DNA from: Candidatus Wirthbacteria bacterium
GTDB taxonomy: Bacteria > Patescibacteriota > CG2-30-54-11
Assembly: GCA_903889905.1 (NCBI GenBank)
Contig: CAISZI010000053.1
Location: forward strand, 10,599 to 74,598
Reading direction: 5' to 3'
Length of the DNA: 64,000 nucleotides
Shown here: positions 36,028-45,711 of the stretch, piece after piece
Layout: every line of letters starts with the position of its first letter
Position numbering within the stretch: the stretch's first letter is position 1
Notes under the pieces: model-generated
The model's database searches: none
What the model saw: the letters and a program-made list of their open reading frames with translations, nothing else
Told to the model about the DNA's origin: nothing
Made by a program: the position numbers and the translations under genes

Positions 36028-38178
36028 ATGATAAACAAAATCACCAAAAGAAACGGTAAACTCGTGGATTTCGTACCCGAGAAAATTACCAAAGCGATTA
36101 CCGCCGCTGGCAAGGAAACAAAGGAGTTTGACGACAAGATCGGCAAACGTCTTACGCTCAAAGTGCTCAATGTGCTGACCGAGCTCGCCCAGAATGATGC
36201 ACCCACTGTGGAAATGGTGCAAGACGTGGTTGAGGAAGTTTTGCTTTCCTCGCCTTACAAGCAAACGGCCAAGGCCTACATCCTTTACCGTGAACAGCAT
36301 AACCAGATCCGCGAAATTGTTTCCCAGGCCGGTATTGAACTGATCGACCAGTATCTGGAGAAAATCGACTGGCAAGTCAAGGAAAATTCCAACATGGGGT
36401 ATTCGCTCCAGGGTCTCAATAATTATATCTCTTCTGAAACGTCCAAAATCTACTGGCTGAACAAGATTTACTCCCAGCCAATCAAAAAAGCGCACCTCGA
36501 AGGAGACTTCCATATCCATGATCTCAATTTGCTGTCGGTTTACTGCGTCGGTTGGGATTTGCAGGATTTGCTGATGATCGGCTTTACGGGTGCTGCTGGC
36601 AAAATCGAAAGCAGCCCGGCCAAACATTTTCGCAGCGCACTAGGTCAGGTCGTTAATTTTTTCTACACACTCCAGGGGGAAGCGGCCGGCGCCCAGGCCT
36701 TCTCGAGCTTTGACACGCTGCTTGCGCCCTTTATCCGTTATGACAACCTGGCTTATGAACAGGTCAAACAGTCGTTGCAGGAATTTGTCTTCAATATCAA
36801 TGTCCCCACCCGCGTCGGTTTCCAGACCCCGTTTACCAATATCACCATGGACCTCACAGTTCCCTCCATTTATGCCAAACAGCCGGTGATCATTGGCGGC
36901 AAACCCCAGAAAGAAACCTACAGCGACTTCCAAAAAGAAATGGACATGCTCAACCGTGCCTTCATGGAAGTCATGGTCGAAGGCGACGCCAAAGGTCGCG
37001 TCTTTACCTTTCCCATCCCCACCTACAACATCACCAAAGACTTTAACTGGGACAATCCGAATTTGGACATTCTCTGGGAGGCCACGGCCAAGTACGGTAT
37101 TCCTTATTTTAGCAACTTCGTCAATTCCGACCTCAAGCCCGAAGACGCCCGTTCCATGTGCTGCCGACTCCGCCTTGATACCCGACAGCTCGCGACCCGT
37201 GGTGGTGGTCTGTTTGGTGCCAATCCGCTCACCGGTTCTGTCGGTGTTGTCACCCTCAATATGCCGCGTCTTGGTCATCTCGCCACGTCTGAACAGGATT
37301 TCCTGGAAAAATTGGACCACCTCATGGTGCTGGCCAAAAACAGCCTCGAGACCAAACGCAAAGTGCTGGAAAGACTTACCGACGTCGGCCTCTATCCCTA
37401 CACCAAATTTTATCTGCGCCACATCAAGGAACGTTTCAATCAGTACTGGAAAAATCACTTTGCCACGATCGGCATTGTGGGCATGAATGAAGCGTCCGTC
37501 AATTTGAACGGGTATGGTATTGAGTCTGACCAAGGCAAGGCCTTTGCCCAGCGCGTGCTCACCTACATGCGTGATCGCCTGGTGCAGTTTCAGGAAGAAA
37601 CCGGTAATAACTACAACCTGGAAGCGACACCCGCGGAAGCCACCAGCTATCGTCTCGCCCGTCTGGACAAAGCCAAATTTCCCGAAATCCAGGTGGCCAA
37701 CGAAGAACAGTTCAAAGAAGGTGCTTCACCTTTTTACACCAATTCGACGCACCTCCCGGTGCAGACCACGGACGATCCCTTTGCCGCGTTGGATCACCAG
37801 GATTCAATCCAGACCCTCTACACCGGCGGCACTGTACTTCATCTTTTTGCCGGCGAACGCATTCAGCATGCTTCCAGTGTCAAAAATTTGGTCAACAAAG
37901 TCTGCAACACCTATCATCTGCCTTACTTCACCTTGACTCCCACCTTCAGCGTCTGCAATTCCCATGGCTATGTTTCCGGTGAACATTTCAACTGCCCGAC
38001 CTGCGGCAGCAGCTGCGAAGTCTACTCCCGCGTCGTGGGTTACATCCGCCCCGTGCAGCAATGGAACGAAGGCAAACAAGCCGAATTCGCCCTGCGCAAA
38101 ACCTATAAAATTGAAGACGGCCAGGTGGTGGCAGGACAGGAACTCAAAGTGGTGGACGCTGTCGCCAAAGTAGGCTAA
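36028..38178 (+). CDS. nrdD: Anaerobic class III ribonucleoside-triphosphate reductase with ATP-cone
   Basis: ITKRNG ATP-cone, SMCCRL, EATPAE, CNSHG..CPTC, glycyl-radical motif YSRVVGY. Confidence 0.96.
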   Translation: MINKITKRNGKLVDFVPEKITKAITAAGKETKEFDDKIGKRLTLKVLNVLTELAQNDAPTVEMVQDVVEEVLLSSPYKQTAKAYILYREQHNQIREIVSQAGIELIDQYLEKIDWQVKENSNMGYSLQGLNNYISSETSKIYWLNKIYSQPIKKAHLEGDFHIHDLNLLSVYCVGWDLQDLLMIGFTGAAGKIESSPAKHFRSALGQVVNFFYTLQGEAAGAQAFSSFDTLLAPFIRYDNLAYEQVKQSLQEFVFNINVPTRVGFQTPFTNITMDLTVPSIYAKQPVIIGGKPQKETYSDFQKEMDMLNRAFMEVMVEGDAKGRVFTFPIPTYNITKDFNWDNPNLDILWEATAKYGIPYFSNFVNSDLKPEDARSMCCRLRLDTRQLATRGGGLFGANPLTGSVGVVTLNMPRLGHLATSEQDFLEKLDHLMVLAKNSLETKRKVLERLTDVGLYPYTKFYLRHIKERFNQYWKNHFATIGIVGMNEASVNLNGYGIESDQGKAFAQRVLTYMRDRLVQFQEETGNNYNLEATPAEATSYRLARLDKAKFPEIQVANEEQFKEGASPFYTNSTHLPVQTTDDPFAALDHQDSIQTLYTGGTVLHLFAGERIQHASSVKNLVNKVCNTYHLPYFTLTPTFSVCNSHGYVSGEHFNCPTCGSSCEVYSRVVGYIRPVQQWNEGKQAEFALRKTYKIEDGQVVAGQELKVVDAVAKVG

Positions 38179-38183
38179 ATCAT

Positions 38184-38873
38184 ATGGTCATCGCCGGTTT
38201 ACAACGTTTTTCACTGATCGATTTCCCCGGCCAGGTAGCAGCCATCGTGTTTACACAGGGCTGCTACTTTCGTTGTCCGTATTGCCACAATCCCGAACTC
38301 GTGCTGCCCGAGCAGTTTGGGCCGATGATCGAGGAAGAGACTGTTTTTGACTTTTTGCGCGCACGGATCGGCAAACTTGACGGGGTTGTTGTCACCGGCG
38401 GCGAACCGACGATGCAGAACGATTTGCCTAAATTTATACGCCGTGTCAAAGATCTGGGCATGCTGGTCAAACTCGATTCGTCGGGTGTGCGGCCAGATGT
38501 GCTGCAAACCCTTTTTGACGCCAAGCTGGTGGATTACGTCGCCATGGATATCAAAGCGCCGCTTCCGAAATACGAGGAAGTCGTGCAGGTCAGGGTTGAG
38601 CTTGAGGCCATACGACGCAGTATTTCGCTGGTTATGCAAAGTGGCGTCGATTATGAATTCCGCACGACGCTGGTTGAAGGCTTGCTGACACCGGACGACG
38701 TTCGTGCCATTGGCGAGGATATCTGTGGGGCCAAACGCTATTATTTGCAGAAGTTTGTTTCCACCAAAGCAGTGGATCGTAGCTATCTGGTACGCAAAAG
38801 TTTCGACAGCGGCACGCTCGCGTTGCTTTGCTTGGAGTTGCTGGCCAAAGTGGGGGAGTGCGAAGTGCGTTAG
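38184..38873 (+). CDS. nrdG: Anaerobic RNR activating radical-SAM protein
   Basis: CYFRCPYCHNP, TGGEPT; directly downstream of nrdD. Confidence 0.93.
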   Translation: MVIAGLQRFSLIDFPGQVAAIVFTQGCYFRCPYCHNPELVLPEQFGPMIEEETVFDFLRARIGKLDGVVVTGGEPTMQNDLPKFIRRVKDLGMLVKLDSSGVRPDVLQTLFDAKLVDYVAMDIKAPLPKYEEVVQVRVELEAIRRSISLVMQSGVDYEFRTTLVEGLLTPDDVRAIGEDICGAKRYYLQKFVSTKAVDRSYLVRKSFDSGTLALLCLELLAKVGECEVR

Positions 38874-40018
38874 GTCTGGGCAAAAGCCGCGATCGTTTTG
38901 GCATATAAATTGACCAAACCCGAGGTCAGGTCAGCAATGGAAAAATCCTGACTGTAGACAGCGGATGCATCTGACATGGACTGCATTTTGTCCGGATTGT
39001 GGAAAACTTGATTAATACGTTTGGCGAACAGGAAGGCGTCCTCGGGCAGGAGGTATCCGTTTTTGCCGTTTTTGACAAAGGGTTTAAAGACTTTTTCATC
39101 GATCAGAAATAACGGCTTGCCGCTGGCGAGAGCTTCGAGCACTACCAGCCCCTGGGTGTCGGTGCGGCAAGTGTAGGCAAAGGCGTCGATGGCTTTGATA
39201 AAGCGCGGCATTTCTTCGTGGGGTACAAAACCAGTGAAGCTGGTGTCGTCACTGATGTGTAGTTTTTGTGCGTATTTCTTCAGTTCTTCCAGGTGTGGGC
39301 CACCGCCAATCACCGCAAGATGTGTCATCGGATCCAGATCGTGCAGTACCCGGAAAACTTCCAGGACAAATTCGATGTTTTTTTCCTTGGCGGCGCGTGC
39401 GGCAATCCCGAGGATTTTTTTGCCCTGCTGGTGCGCCAACGCAAATTCGGGCACTTCTGGCCAGTCCTGCCGATAAGGCGTCAGGTCAATGCCGGTAGGG
39501 ATGACGGTGATTTTGGGTTTGATGCCCATTTCCTGCAAATAATGTTTGATGAACGGTGTGGGTGCAGTGACGGCATGGAAACGGTTGCAGAAAAATTTGT
39601 CGAAAAAATCCACGGTATTGACCATACCGGGGAAAATTTTGGGGAGGTAGACGCGGGCGTAATCGCCAATCATGGTGTGGTAAGTCATAATGCGGGGGAG
39701 TTTGTGCTGCAGCGAATAGGAGAGTCCCAGCAGTCCAGTCGGGCCCGGGGTGTGAATGTGGATCAGATCAACGTCCAGCTTGGCCATGATGCGCTGCAGT
39801 CGGATGGAGAGGGGAAACCCTACCCGGAAGTCAGGATAAATCGGGAAGGGGACGGAGGTCATGGAATAGTAATCGGGTTCTTCGTGTTTGCCCAGTCGGG
39901 GACTGAAAATGTAAACCGCGTGGCCCTGGCGGCGCAGTTCATCGGCAAATTGCGTTATGGATGAGGTCACACCGCTGATCACGGGTTTGTAGATGTCGGA
40001 GAAAAAAGCGATTTTCAT
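38870..40018 (-). CDS. GT4 glycosyltransferase (monoglucosyl-diacylglycerol synthase-like)
   Basis: FSDIYKPVISGV, IHIHTP, TYHT, EKNI, TQGLVVLEA. Confidence 0.85.
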   Translation of the reverse strand: MKIAFFSDIYKPVISGVTSSITQFADELRRQGHAVYIFSPRLGKHEEPDYYSMTSVPFPIYPDFRVGFPLSIRLQRIMAKLDVDLIHIHTPGPTGLLGLSYSLQHKLPRIMTYHTMIGDYARVYLPKIFPGMVNTVDFFDKFFCNRFHAVTAPTPFIKHYLQEMGIKPKITVIPTGIDLTPYRQDWPEVPEFALAHQQGKKILGIAARAAKEKNIEFVLEVFRVLHDLDPMTHLAVIGGGPHLEELKKYAQKLHISDDTSFTGFVPHEEMPRFIKAIDAFAYTCRTDTQGLVVLEALASGKPLFLIDEKVFKPFVKNGKNGYLLPEDAFLFAKRINQVFHNPDKMQSMSDASAVYSQDFSIADLTSGLVNLYAKTIAAFAQT

Positions 40019-41007
40019 GAGGCGATCATATTTTGATAGATAGCCAGTAAATGGTCGTTTACCTGTTCGAAACTGTAGCGCGCCGCCAATTCCTGCGCTT
40101 TCTGTCTATATCTGGCCAGTGCCTGCTTGTCCGTTGCCAGTTTGACGATGGCGTCTTTGAACTGTTCTTCGGTACAAGGCAGATAGGCTGCGCTGAAGAT
40201 ATCTTCGTATTCGGTGATGTCGCGCAAGATCAACGGCAGGCCACAGGCGGCGGCTTCGACCACGGAAAAGGGAAAGTTTTCCTGAAACGACGGGAAACAG
40301 TACAGGTCGGCGAGGTTGTAATACCCATTCATCTCTGCATAAGGAATCAACCCCGTGATTGTCAGGTTTTCAGGTTGTTGTTGGAGCATTGTCTTGATTT
40401 CTGCCAAACCGCAGGTGATCTTGCCAAAGGCAAAATCGCCCACCCAGATGAATTTGAACTGGGGCAGTTCCCGGGCCAGGCGGATGAAAGTCTGCGTGCC
40501 TTTGCGCGTCTGCATCTGGCCACAGGAGATAACGACAAAGTCCTTGTCACTGCATCCCATTTTTTGCCGGTAATGTTGCCGCAGCGCGGGTGATGGCGAA
40601 AAACGTTTGCGGTTGACGGGATTGGGCAGGAAGACAATGGGTTTGTGTACGCCCAGAGCCTCGAGGTCTTTTTTGACTGTCGGTGAGACTGCCAGTACCA
40701 GGTCGGCGTGGTTATAGACCCAGCGGCAATAGAGTGGCATAAAGTGTTGCCAGAAAACAACGGGTTTCATGCAGCCTTTGAGTGAGTCCGGAGTCACGTG
40801 GCCGGTGAGCACGATATGTTTGCGAAAGGCGCTGAAGAGCCAGTAAAGTGGCCCCATGGTGTGCGCGTGGTAAATGTCGGCTTTGGTAAAACGATTAACG
40901 GTATAGGGGATCTGGTTGCTATGCAAAAATTCACAGTGTTCGATAAACGCGGTGTGCGGACCTTGACCGGGACTGACCCCGGATTCGCTGATCACGTTGA
41001 TTTTCAT
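40015..41007 (-). CDS. GT4 glycosyltransferase (diglycosyl-DAG synthase / CpoA-like)
   Basis: GQGPHTAF, GQMQTRKG, FIWVG, ENFPFSVVEAA, LRDI. Confidence 0.8.
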   Translation of the reverse strand: MKINVISESGVSPGQGPHTAFIEHCEFLHSNQIPYTVNRFTKADIYHAHTMGPLYWLFSAFRKHIVLTGHVTPDSLKGCMKPVVFWQHFMPLYCRWVYNHADLVLAVSPTVKKDLEALGVHKPIVFLPNPVNRKRFSPSPALRQHYRQKMGCSDKDFVVISCGQMQTRKGTQTFIRLARELPQFKFIWVGDFAFGKITCGLAEIKTMLQQQPENLTITGLIPYAEMNGYYNLADLYCFPSFQENFPFSVVEAAACGLPLILRDITEYEDIFSAAYLPCTEEQFKDAIVKLATDKQALARYRQKAQELAARYSFEQVNDHLLAIYQNMIAS

Positions 41008-41112
41008 ATAGCTAAAAATGGTTATGAAGATAAGCCGTGTTGATTATAACAGGTGGCAACACGTTGCTCCAGTTGGACGGTGGGGCGACAAACTCGAGCT
41101 TGATGGCGTTTG

Positions 41113-42306
41113 TCAGGCGGCTGGTTGTGTGATCGTTGGAGTTTTGTGGCTGATCATTTCCTGGTACAACCCGAGGAAACGGCTGACGGTCTGGTCAAAG
41201 GAATGGGTCTGTGCCAACGTCCGGCTTTGTAAACCAAAGGCTTTTTGTCTGTGTTTGTCGCTCAGGATCTGGAGAATTCTGGCGGCCGTGTCGGCGCTGT
41301 CCTGATAGCGGCAAAGGTAACCGTTTTGGTCGTCATGGACAAGTTCCTTGAGCGCGCCAAGTTCGCAGGCGACGATCGGCAGGCCCGAGGCAATGGCTTC
41401 GAGCGTGACAATACTTTGCAGTTCAACCGGTGAGGTGATGCAGAAAACGTCGGCGCAGTTGTAAAGCTGCGGGAATTCATCCTCGTTCAGAAAACCAGTA
41501 AACGTGAGATGGTCGGCAATGCCAAGTTCCTGGCTAAGTTTTTTGAGTGGCGCCACCTGCGTCCCGTTACCGCCAATGACAAAATGGCAATCTTGGTGGG
41601 CCAGCACGAGCGGGATCATTTTCAGCCATACGTCCAGGCGCTTTTCGCCATCCACCCGGCCGGTATACAGGACAACGGGTTTGTTCTGGGGAATGCCATA
41701 TTTTTGCATCAAGGGAATTGGTTTTGGCCGGGGCACAAAGCGTTCCGTGTCAATGCCATTACTGACATGGTCATGTGGCGCTTTGAGGCCGTTTTTGGTC
41801 AGCATATTGGCCCCGGTCGGGGTCGGCGAGGTGACAAAGTTGCACTGGTTATAAAATTTCATAAAAACTTTCCACACCAGTGGACTCAACTTGATCTGCG
41901 GGCCGTTGACAATCGGCCACCAGAGCAGGAAATTCTCGGGAATAAAATGATTGGTGCTGATCACTGGAACGTTGTGGCGTTTGGCCCAGCGCAGGGCAAT
42001 CAGGTTGATGGGGCTGGGCGCCTGACTGTGAATAATATCGGGTGGATTCTGATTCAGGGCGCGGGTTAACTCGCCTTGGGGCCAGAGGCAAAGGTGGTAA
42101 AACTTTTGAAACGGGAACTGGAAAGACCTTAGCCTGACAACGGAGGTGCCGTGATCCGTTTCGACGTAGGAGGTGGATTTGGGACTGGGAGAATAAATCG
42201 TGACGTCGTGGCTAAGGCGGGCATACTGGTGGGCCAGATGGCGTTCAAAGACAGCGCCACCGTCGATATTGGGCCAGTAACTTTCGGTCACGATCGCAAT
42301 GTTCAT
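41113..42306 (-). CDS. GT4 glycosyltransferase
   Basis: TESYWPNIDG, TNHFIPEN, GRVDGEK, ELQSIVTLEA. Confidence 0.88.
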   Translation of the reverse strand: MNIAIVTESYWPNIDGGAVFERHLAHQYARLSHDVTIYSPSPKSTSYVETDHGTSVVRLRSFQFPFQKFYHLCLWPQGELTRALNQNPPDIIHSQAPSPINLIALRWAKRHNVPVISTNHFIPENFLLWWPIVNGPQIKLSPLVWKVFMKFYNQCNFVTSPTPTGANMLTKNGLKAPHDHVSNGIDTERFVPRPKPIPLMQKYGIPQNKPVVLYTGRVDGEKRLDVWLKMIPLVLAHQDCHFVIGGNGTQVAPLKKLSQELGIADHLTFTGFLNEDEFPQLYNCADVFCITSPVELQSIVTLEAIASGLPIVACELGALKELVHDDQNGYLCRYQDSADTAARILQILSDKHRQKAFGLQSRTLAQTHSFDQTVSRFLGLYQEMISHKTPTITQPAA

Positions 42307-42341
42307 GTTTCATGTTTGAGGTAATGGTTAAAACGTGGCGA

Positions 42342-43178
42342 TTATAGCATTGGCTTGGTTGCGGTCACAATAAACTGGTGAATCCTGGCAGGGATGGTGT
42401 CGGGTTTACGGATGTTGACGATGTGGTCGCCGCTCGGAAACAGCTCATAGCGCGATCCGGCAATCGTTTGGTGCAACTTCTGGACAAAGCGCGGCGGAAC
42501 AAAATCGTCCTTGCCCCCTGCCAACAGGTAAGTCGGAATGCGGATGTGTGCGGCAGTCTGTAGCGCGTCAATGCGTGCGGTTGCCAACAAACCGTTTTGG
42601 TAAAGTGAAAGTGGATTGCTGAGCAGGTCGTTGCATAGAAAGACAGGGTAAGGCTTGTCTTTAAGCCGCCAGTACTCCGGGTAGCGGAAGGATTGTCGCA
42701 GCTGTGGCAACGGAACAAGTTTGGCCAGCGGCAAAATGGCATACAACAAATGACGCAGGAGATTGGGTTGCACGCGGTGGTCCTGGTAAAACGGGCAGAT
42801 CAGGGTGAGGGTGCTGAGCTTGTCGCGCAGCGGTGTGTCTGTTGCCTGCAACGAAACCAGTCCGCCAAAGCAGTGACCGACCAGGTGAAACTTCGTGATT
42901 TTTTCGATATTGGCCCATTCAACCAAATCCTGTGCCATGCGGGCAAGGGTAAATGAGTTGTGATTGATGTTTTTTTGAGACTTGCCATGGCCACGCAAAT
43001 CAAAGGCGAACGTTTGATAGCCATGAGCTGCAAAAAATTGTTCGTACTCCTCCCACGCCGTGCGGTTGCCGGTCAGTCCGTGCAGGAAGACGATTTTGTT
43101 GGGACTGGGCGCAGTGCTTTGCCGGTAGTAGAGGCGGACACGGTCGGAAGTCAGAAATTCATTGTCTTGGAAAGGCAT
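42342..43178 (-). CDS. Alpha/beta hydrolase with Cys at the nucleophile elbow
   Basis: FLHGL, DLRGHGKS, GHCFGG, GGKDD, GDH. Confidence 0.85.
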   Translation of the reverse strand: MPFQDNEFLTSDRVRLYYRQSTAPSPNKIVFLHGLTGNRTAWEEYEQFFAAHGYQTFAFDLRGHGKSQKNINHNSFTLARMAQDLVEWANIEKITKFHLVGHCFGGLVSLQATDTPLRDKLSTLTLICPFYQDHRVQPNLLRHLLYAILPLAKLVPLPQLRQSFRYPEYWRLKDKPYPVFLCNDLLSNPLSLYQNGLLATARIDALQTAAHIRIPTYLLAGGKDDFVPPRFVQKLHQTIAGSRYELFPSGDHIVNIRKPDTIPARIHQFIVTATKPML

Positions 43179-43211
43179 GGGGGAACGGTCGGTAGAAACA
43201 AGTGGGATGAG

Positions 43212-43790
43212 TCAGGGATTGCTTTCCCTGACCATAAGAATGCTGTCAACGTATTTGCCGCGAAAATAGATGCCTTGGGGAATTGTGCCGACTTTGCGAA
43301 AACCGAGCTTGCGGTATAGTTTTTGGGCGACGACGTTGGGTTGGTAGACCTGCAGCTGAATGAGCCGCAGGCCGCTCATGGTTTTTTGGGCCGTGTTCAA
43401 AGTTGTTCGCGCCAGCTGTTCACCAATGCCTTTGCCACGGTAAGTTTTCGCAATCGTAAGGCCAAAAGTACCGACATGCAGTTCGCGTTTTTTGTTGCGC
43501 AGGTGACGCCGCACTTCGCAAAGGCCAATGATGTGTTGGTCGTATTCCGCAGCGAGAAAAACCAGGTTCTCTTGTTCGCTCATGGCAAAGACGTTGGTCA
43601 AAAACTCCATTTCCTGCTCCAGTGTGTGCTGTTCACCCGAAAAGGTGATGAACGTGTTTTCGCTGGACAGTTTGTTGATGTAATTCTGCAGTTCTTCCAG
43701 ATCGTTCCATTGCAGGTAGCGCAGCAGGATGTCTTCGCCGTCCTGGGTCTGGTATTTGCCCACGTTCTGGCCGGGAGTGAAATGGGACAT
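43212..43790 (-). CDS. GNAT N-acetyltransferase (RimJ/RimL-like)
   Basis: YRGKGIG, NVVAQKLYRKLGF. Confidence 0.88.
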   Translation of the reverse strand: MSHFTPGQNVGKYQTQDGEDILLRYLQWNDLEELQNYINKLSSENTFITFSGEQHTLEQEMEFLTNVFAMSEQENLVFLAAEYDQHIIGLCEVRRHLRNKKRELHVGTFGLTIAKTYRGKGIGEQLARTTLNTAQKTMSGLRLIQLQVYQPNVVAQKLYRKLGFRKVGTIPQGIYFRGKYVDSILMVRESNP

Positions 43791-43900
43791 GAAGTTCCTC
43801 GGGTAGATAGGCGCATTATAAAGCAATTTGTCCAAGCGGCCAACCCAAAAGTCCCGGGACATGGCCGGGACTTTGCTGGCATTGCGTCAGGCAAAACCGT

Positions 43901-44620
43901 TTATTTGGTTGTGGCAGCAGGCGCGGCGATGGACACGAGTTCAACTTCAAAGATCAAGGCCTCGTTGGGGCCAATTGAGCCGGAAGTGGTGCCCGTGGAA
44001 CCGTAAGCAATGGCAGAGGGTATATAGAACGTATATTTAGCGCCGACTTTCATCAACTGCAAGCCTTCGGTCAGGCCTTTGATTACGCCATCCACCTGGA
44101 AGGTTGCGGGCTGGCCATTGGTGGCAGAGCTGTCAAAAATCGTGCCATCGATGAGCGTGCCCGTGTAATTGATGGTAACGGTGTCGGTGGCGTTGGGGGT
44201 TGCGCCGGTGCCGGGTGTGGTGACTTTGTATTGCAAACCCGAGGTCGTGGTGGTGATGCCGGCAATTTTTTTATTGTTGTCCAAAAAAGCCTGGCTGGAA
44301 GCGGTGTTCGCAGCCGCGATTTTTGGTGCCTGGGCCGAGAAGAAGGTGTTGAGAAAAGCATTGGCGTCAGTCTGGCTGACTTGCAGAGTTTTGCTATTGA
44401 AGACATCGTCCAGTGCCTGGGCCACGGCAGCGCTGTCGATTTTGTCGGCTCCCTGGGATTTGATGCTTTTACCGACGCTGACCCCGAGGCTGTAGCTGAG
44501 TTTCTCGGTCTGGTTGGTGAGGTCAATTTTTTTGGCGGCGGCTTTGGTAAAAGGTAACTGGCAGCCGGAAAGAGCCAGCATGCTGACCATCGCCATGGCC
44601 ATGGTTGCTTTTAATTTCAT
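43901..44620 (-). CDS. FKBP-type PPIase (FkpA/Mip-like), lipoprotein
   Basis: Lipobox LSGC, FKBP_N LSYSLG, SGLQYKV, YTGTLIDG, FDSS. Confidence 0.93.
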   Translation of the reverse strand: MKLKATMAMAMVSMLALSGCQLPFTKAAAKKIDLTNQTEKLSYSLGVSVGKSIKSQGADKIDSAAVAQALDDVFNSKTLQVSQTDANAFLNTFFSAQAPKIAAANTASSQAFLDNNKKIAGITTTTSGLQYKVTTPGTGATPNATDTVTINYTGTLIDGTIFDSSATNGQPATFQVDGVIKGLTEGLQLMKVGAKYTFYIPSAIAYGSTGTTSGSIGPNEALIFEVELVSIAAPAATTK

Positions 44621-44727
44621 TGCGCATACCCTGATTTTATAAATTATACCCAGTGATCCTACCGCAAATCGCCACATTTTGAAATAAACAAAATGCGGCG
44701 ATCTTGAGTAACTGGCTAAGTTGGGCG

Positions 44728-45150
44728 TTATCTGACGTACTGGCTGGCATCGATTTTGATCGTTTCGGCAAAAAAGCGGTCATCCGCGAGATTGGGTGTG
44801 ATTTGCAGATAGATCGGGTCTGGGGCGCTGATGACATTTTGGGGAATCAACATGATGGTTGAAAGTTTTTGGGTGGAGCCGGTGGTCAGGGGGATCTTGC
44901 CCTCAATATAAGCGCCAACTTGCTGTGCTGCGGCGGCCTGAGTGTCCCAAAGTCCGTTCCACATCGATGAGCTGCCATGGTTATAACTGGAATAGATCGA
45001 GAACCCAAGGTCACCGAGGTTGGCTGTTTTTTTGGCCGTAAACGTCATGTCGGCGATGATGAATTTTTGATACGGCAGAAAAGCGTTGGGGTTGATGTCG
45101 GTCAATGTGGCGCCTTTAAAACTTTTGTCACCCACAACAATCGAGTCCAC
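44728..45150 (-). CDS. Hypothetical beta-rich protein, probably 5'-truncated
   Basis: The frame is open upstream to a stop at 45283-45285 but has no ATG or signal peptide; composition is Ig-like. Confidence 0.45.
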   Translation of the reverse strand: MDSIVVGDKSFKGATLTDINPNAFLPYQKFIIADMTFTAKKTANLGDLGFSIYSSYNHGSSSMWNGLWDTQAAAAQQVGAYIEGKIPLTTGSTQKLSTIMLIPQNVISAPDPIYLQITPNLADDRFFAETIKIDASQYVR

Positions 45151-45277
45151 TGCAATAACAAAGGAATCGTTGAGATTGGAGGTAAAATTGAGGTTGGTGC
45201 GGGTGCCGGTGTAGTTGTCAGAACTGGTGTTCGAGGCCGCCGGTGTTTTGGATCTGCGTCGCTTGCTTGCGGATAGG

Positions 45278-45700
45278 TTATTTTAATTCATCGAGCAAGG
45301 CTGACATATTTAAGCCAGAAGGCGGGCTGTCGGGTAAGGCGAGGATCTGTGTAATCTTGACCGGAATGTCATCGAGGTTGAGGCCGGCTTTGAGAATGTA
45401 CTCCACCACGCCGCCTTCTTTGGCTACTTCTTTCATGAAGCCGAAGTCGTAATTGGTCAGCACCAGGATTGGCACTGCCTTGAGCTGATCGCTGGCACGC
45501 ATGCGGCCAATCACTTCCATGCCATCCATAAGTGGCATCATCATGTCCAAAATCAGTAAGTCGGGTTTCTCGATCTTCATCTTATCCAGGGCTTCCTGGC
45601 CATTGGTGGCTTCCACGACGGCAAATCCAGACATTTCGAGACGGGCCCGAAGTGCCATGCGCAAATCAGCTTCGTCTTCGGTGATAAGAATTCTGGCCAC
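45278..45700 (-). CDS. Single-domain response regulator (REC)
   Basis: ILITEDE, LLILDMMMP, LVLTN, YILK. Confidence 0.92.
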   Translation of the reverse strand: MARILITEDEADLRMALRARLEMSGFAVVEATNGQEALDKMKIEKPDLLILDMMMPLMDGMEVIGRMRASDQLKAVPILVLTNYDFGFMKEVAKEGGVVEYILKAGLNLDDIPVKITQILALPDSPPSGLNMSALLDELK

Positions 45701-45711
45701 AAGTCGCTCCT

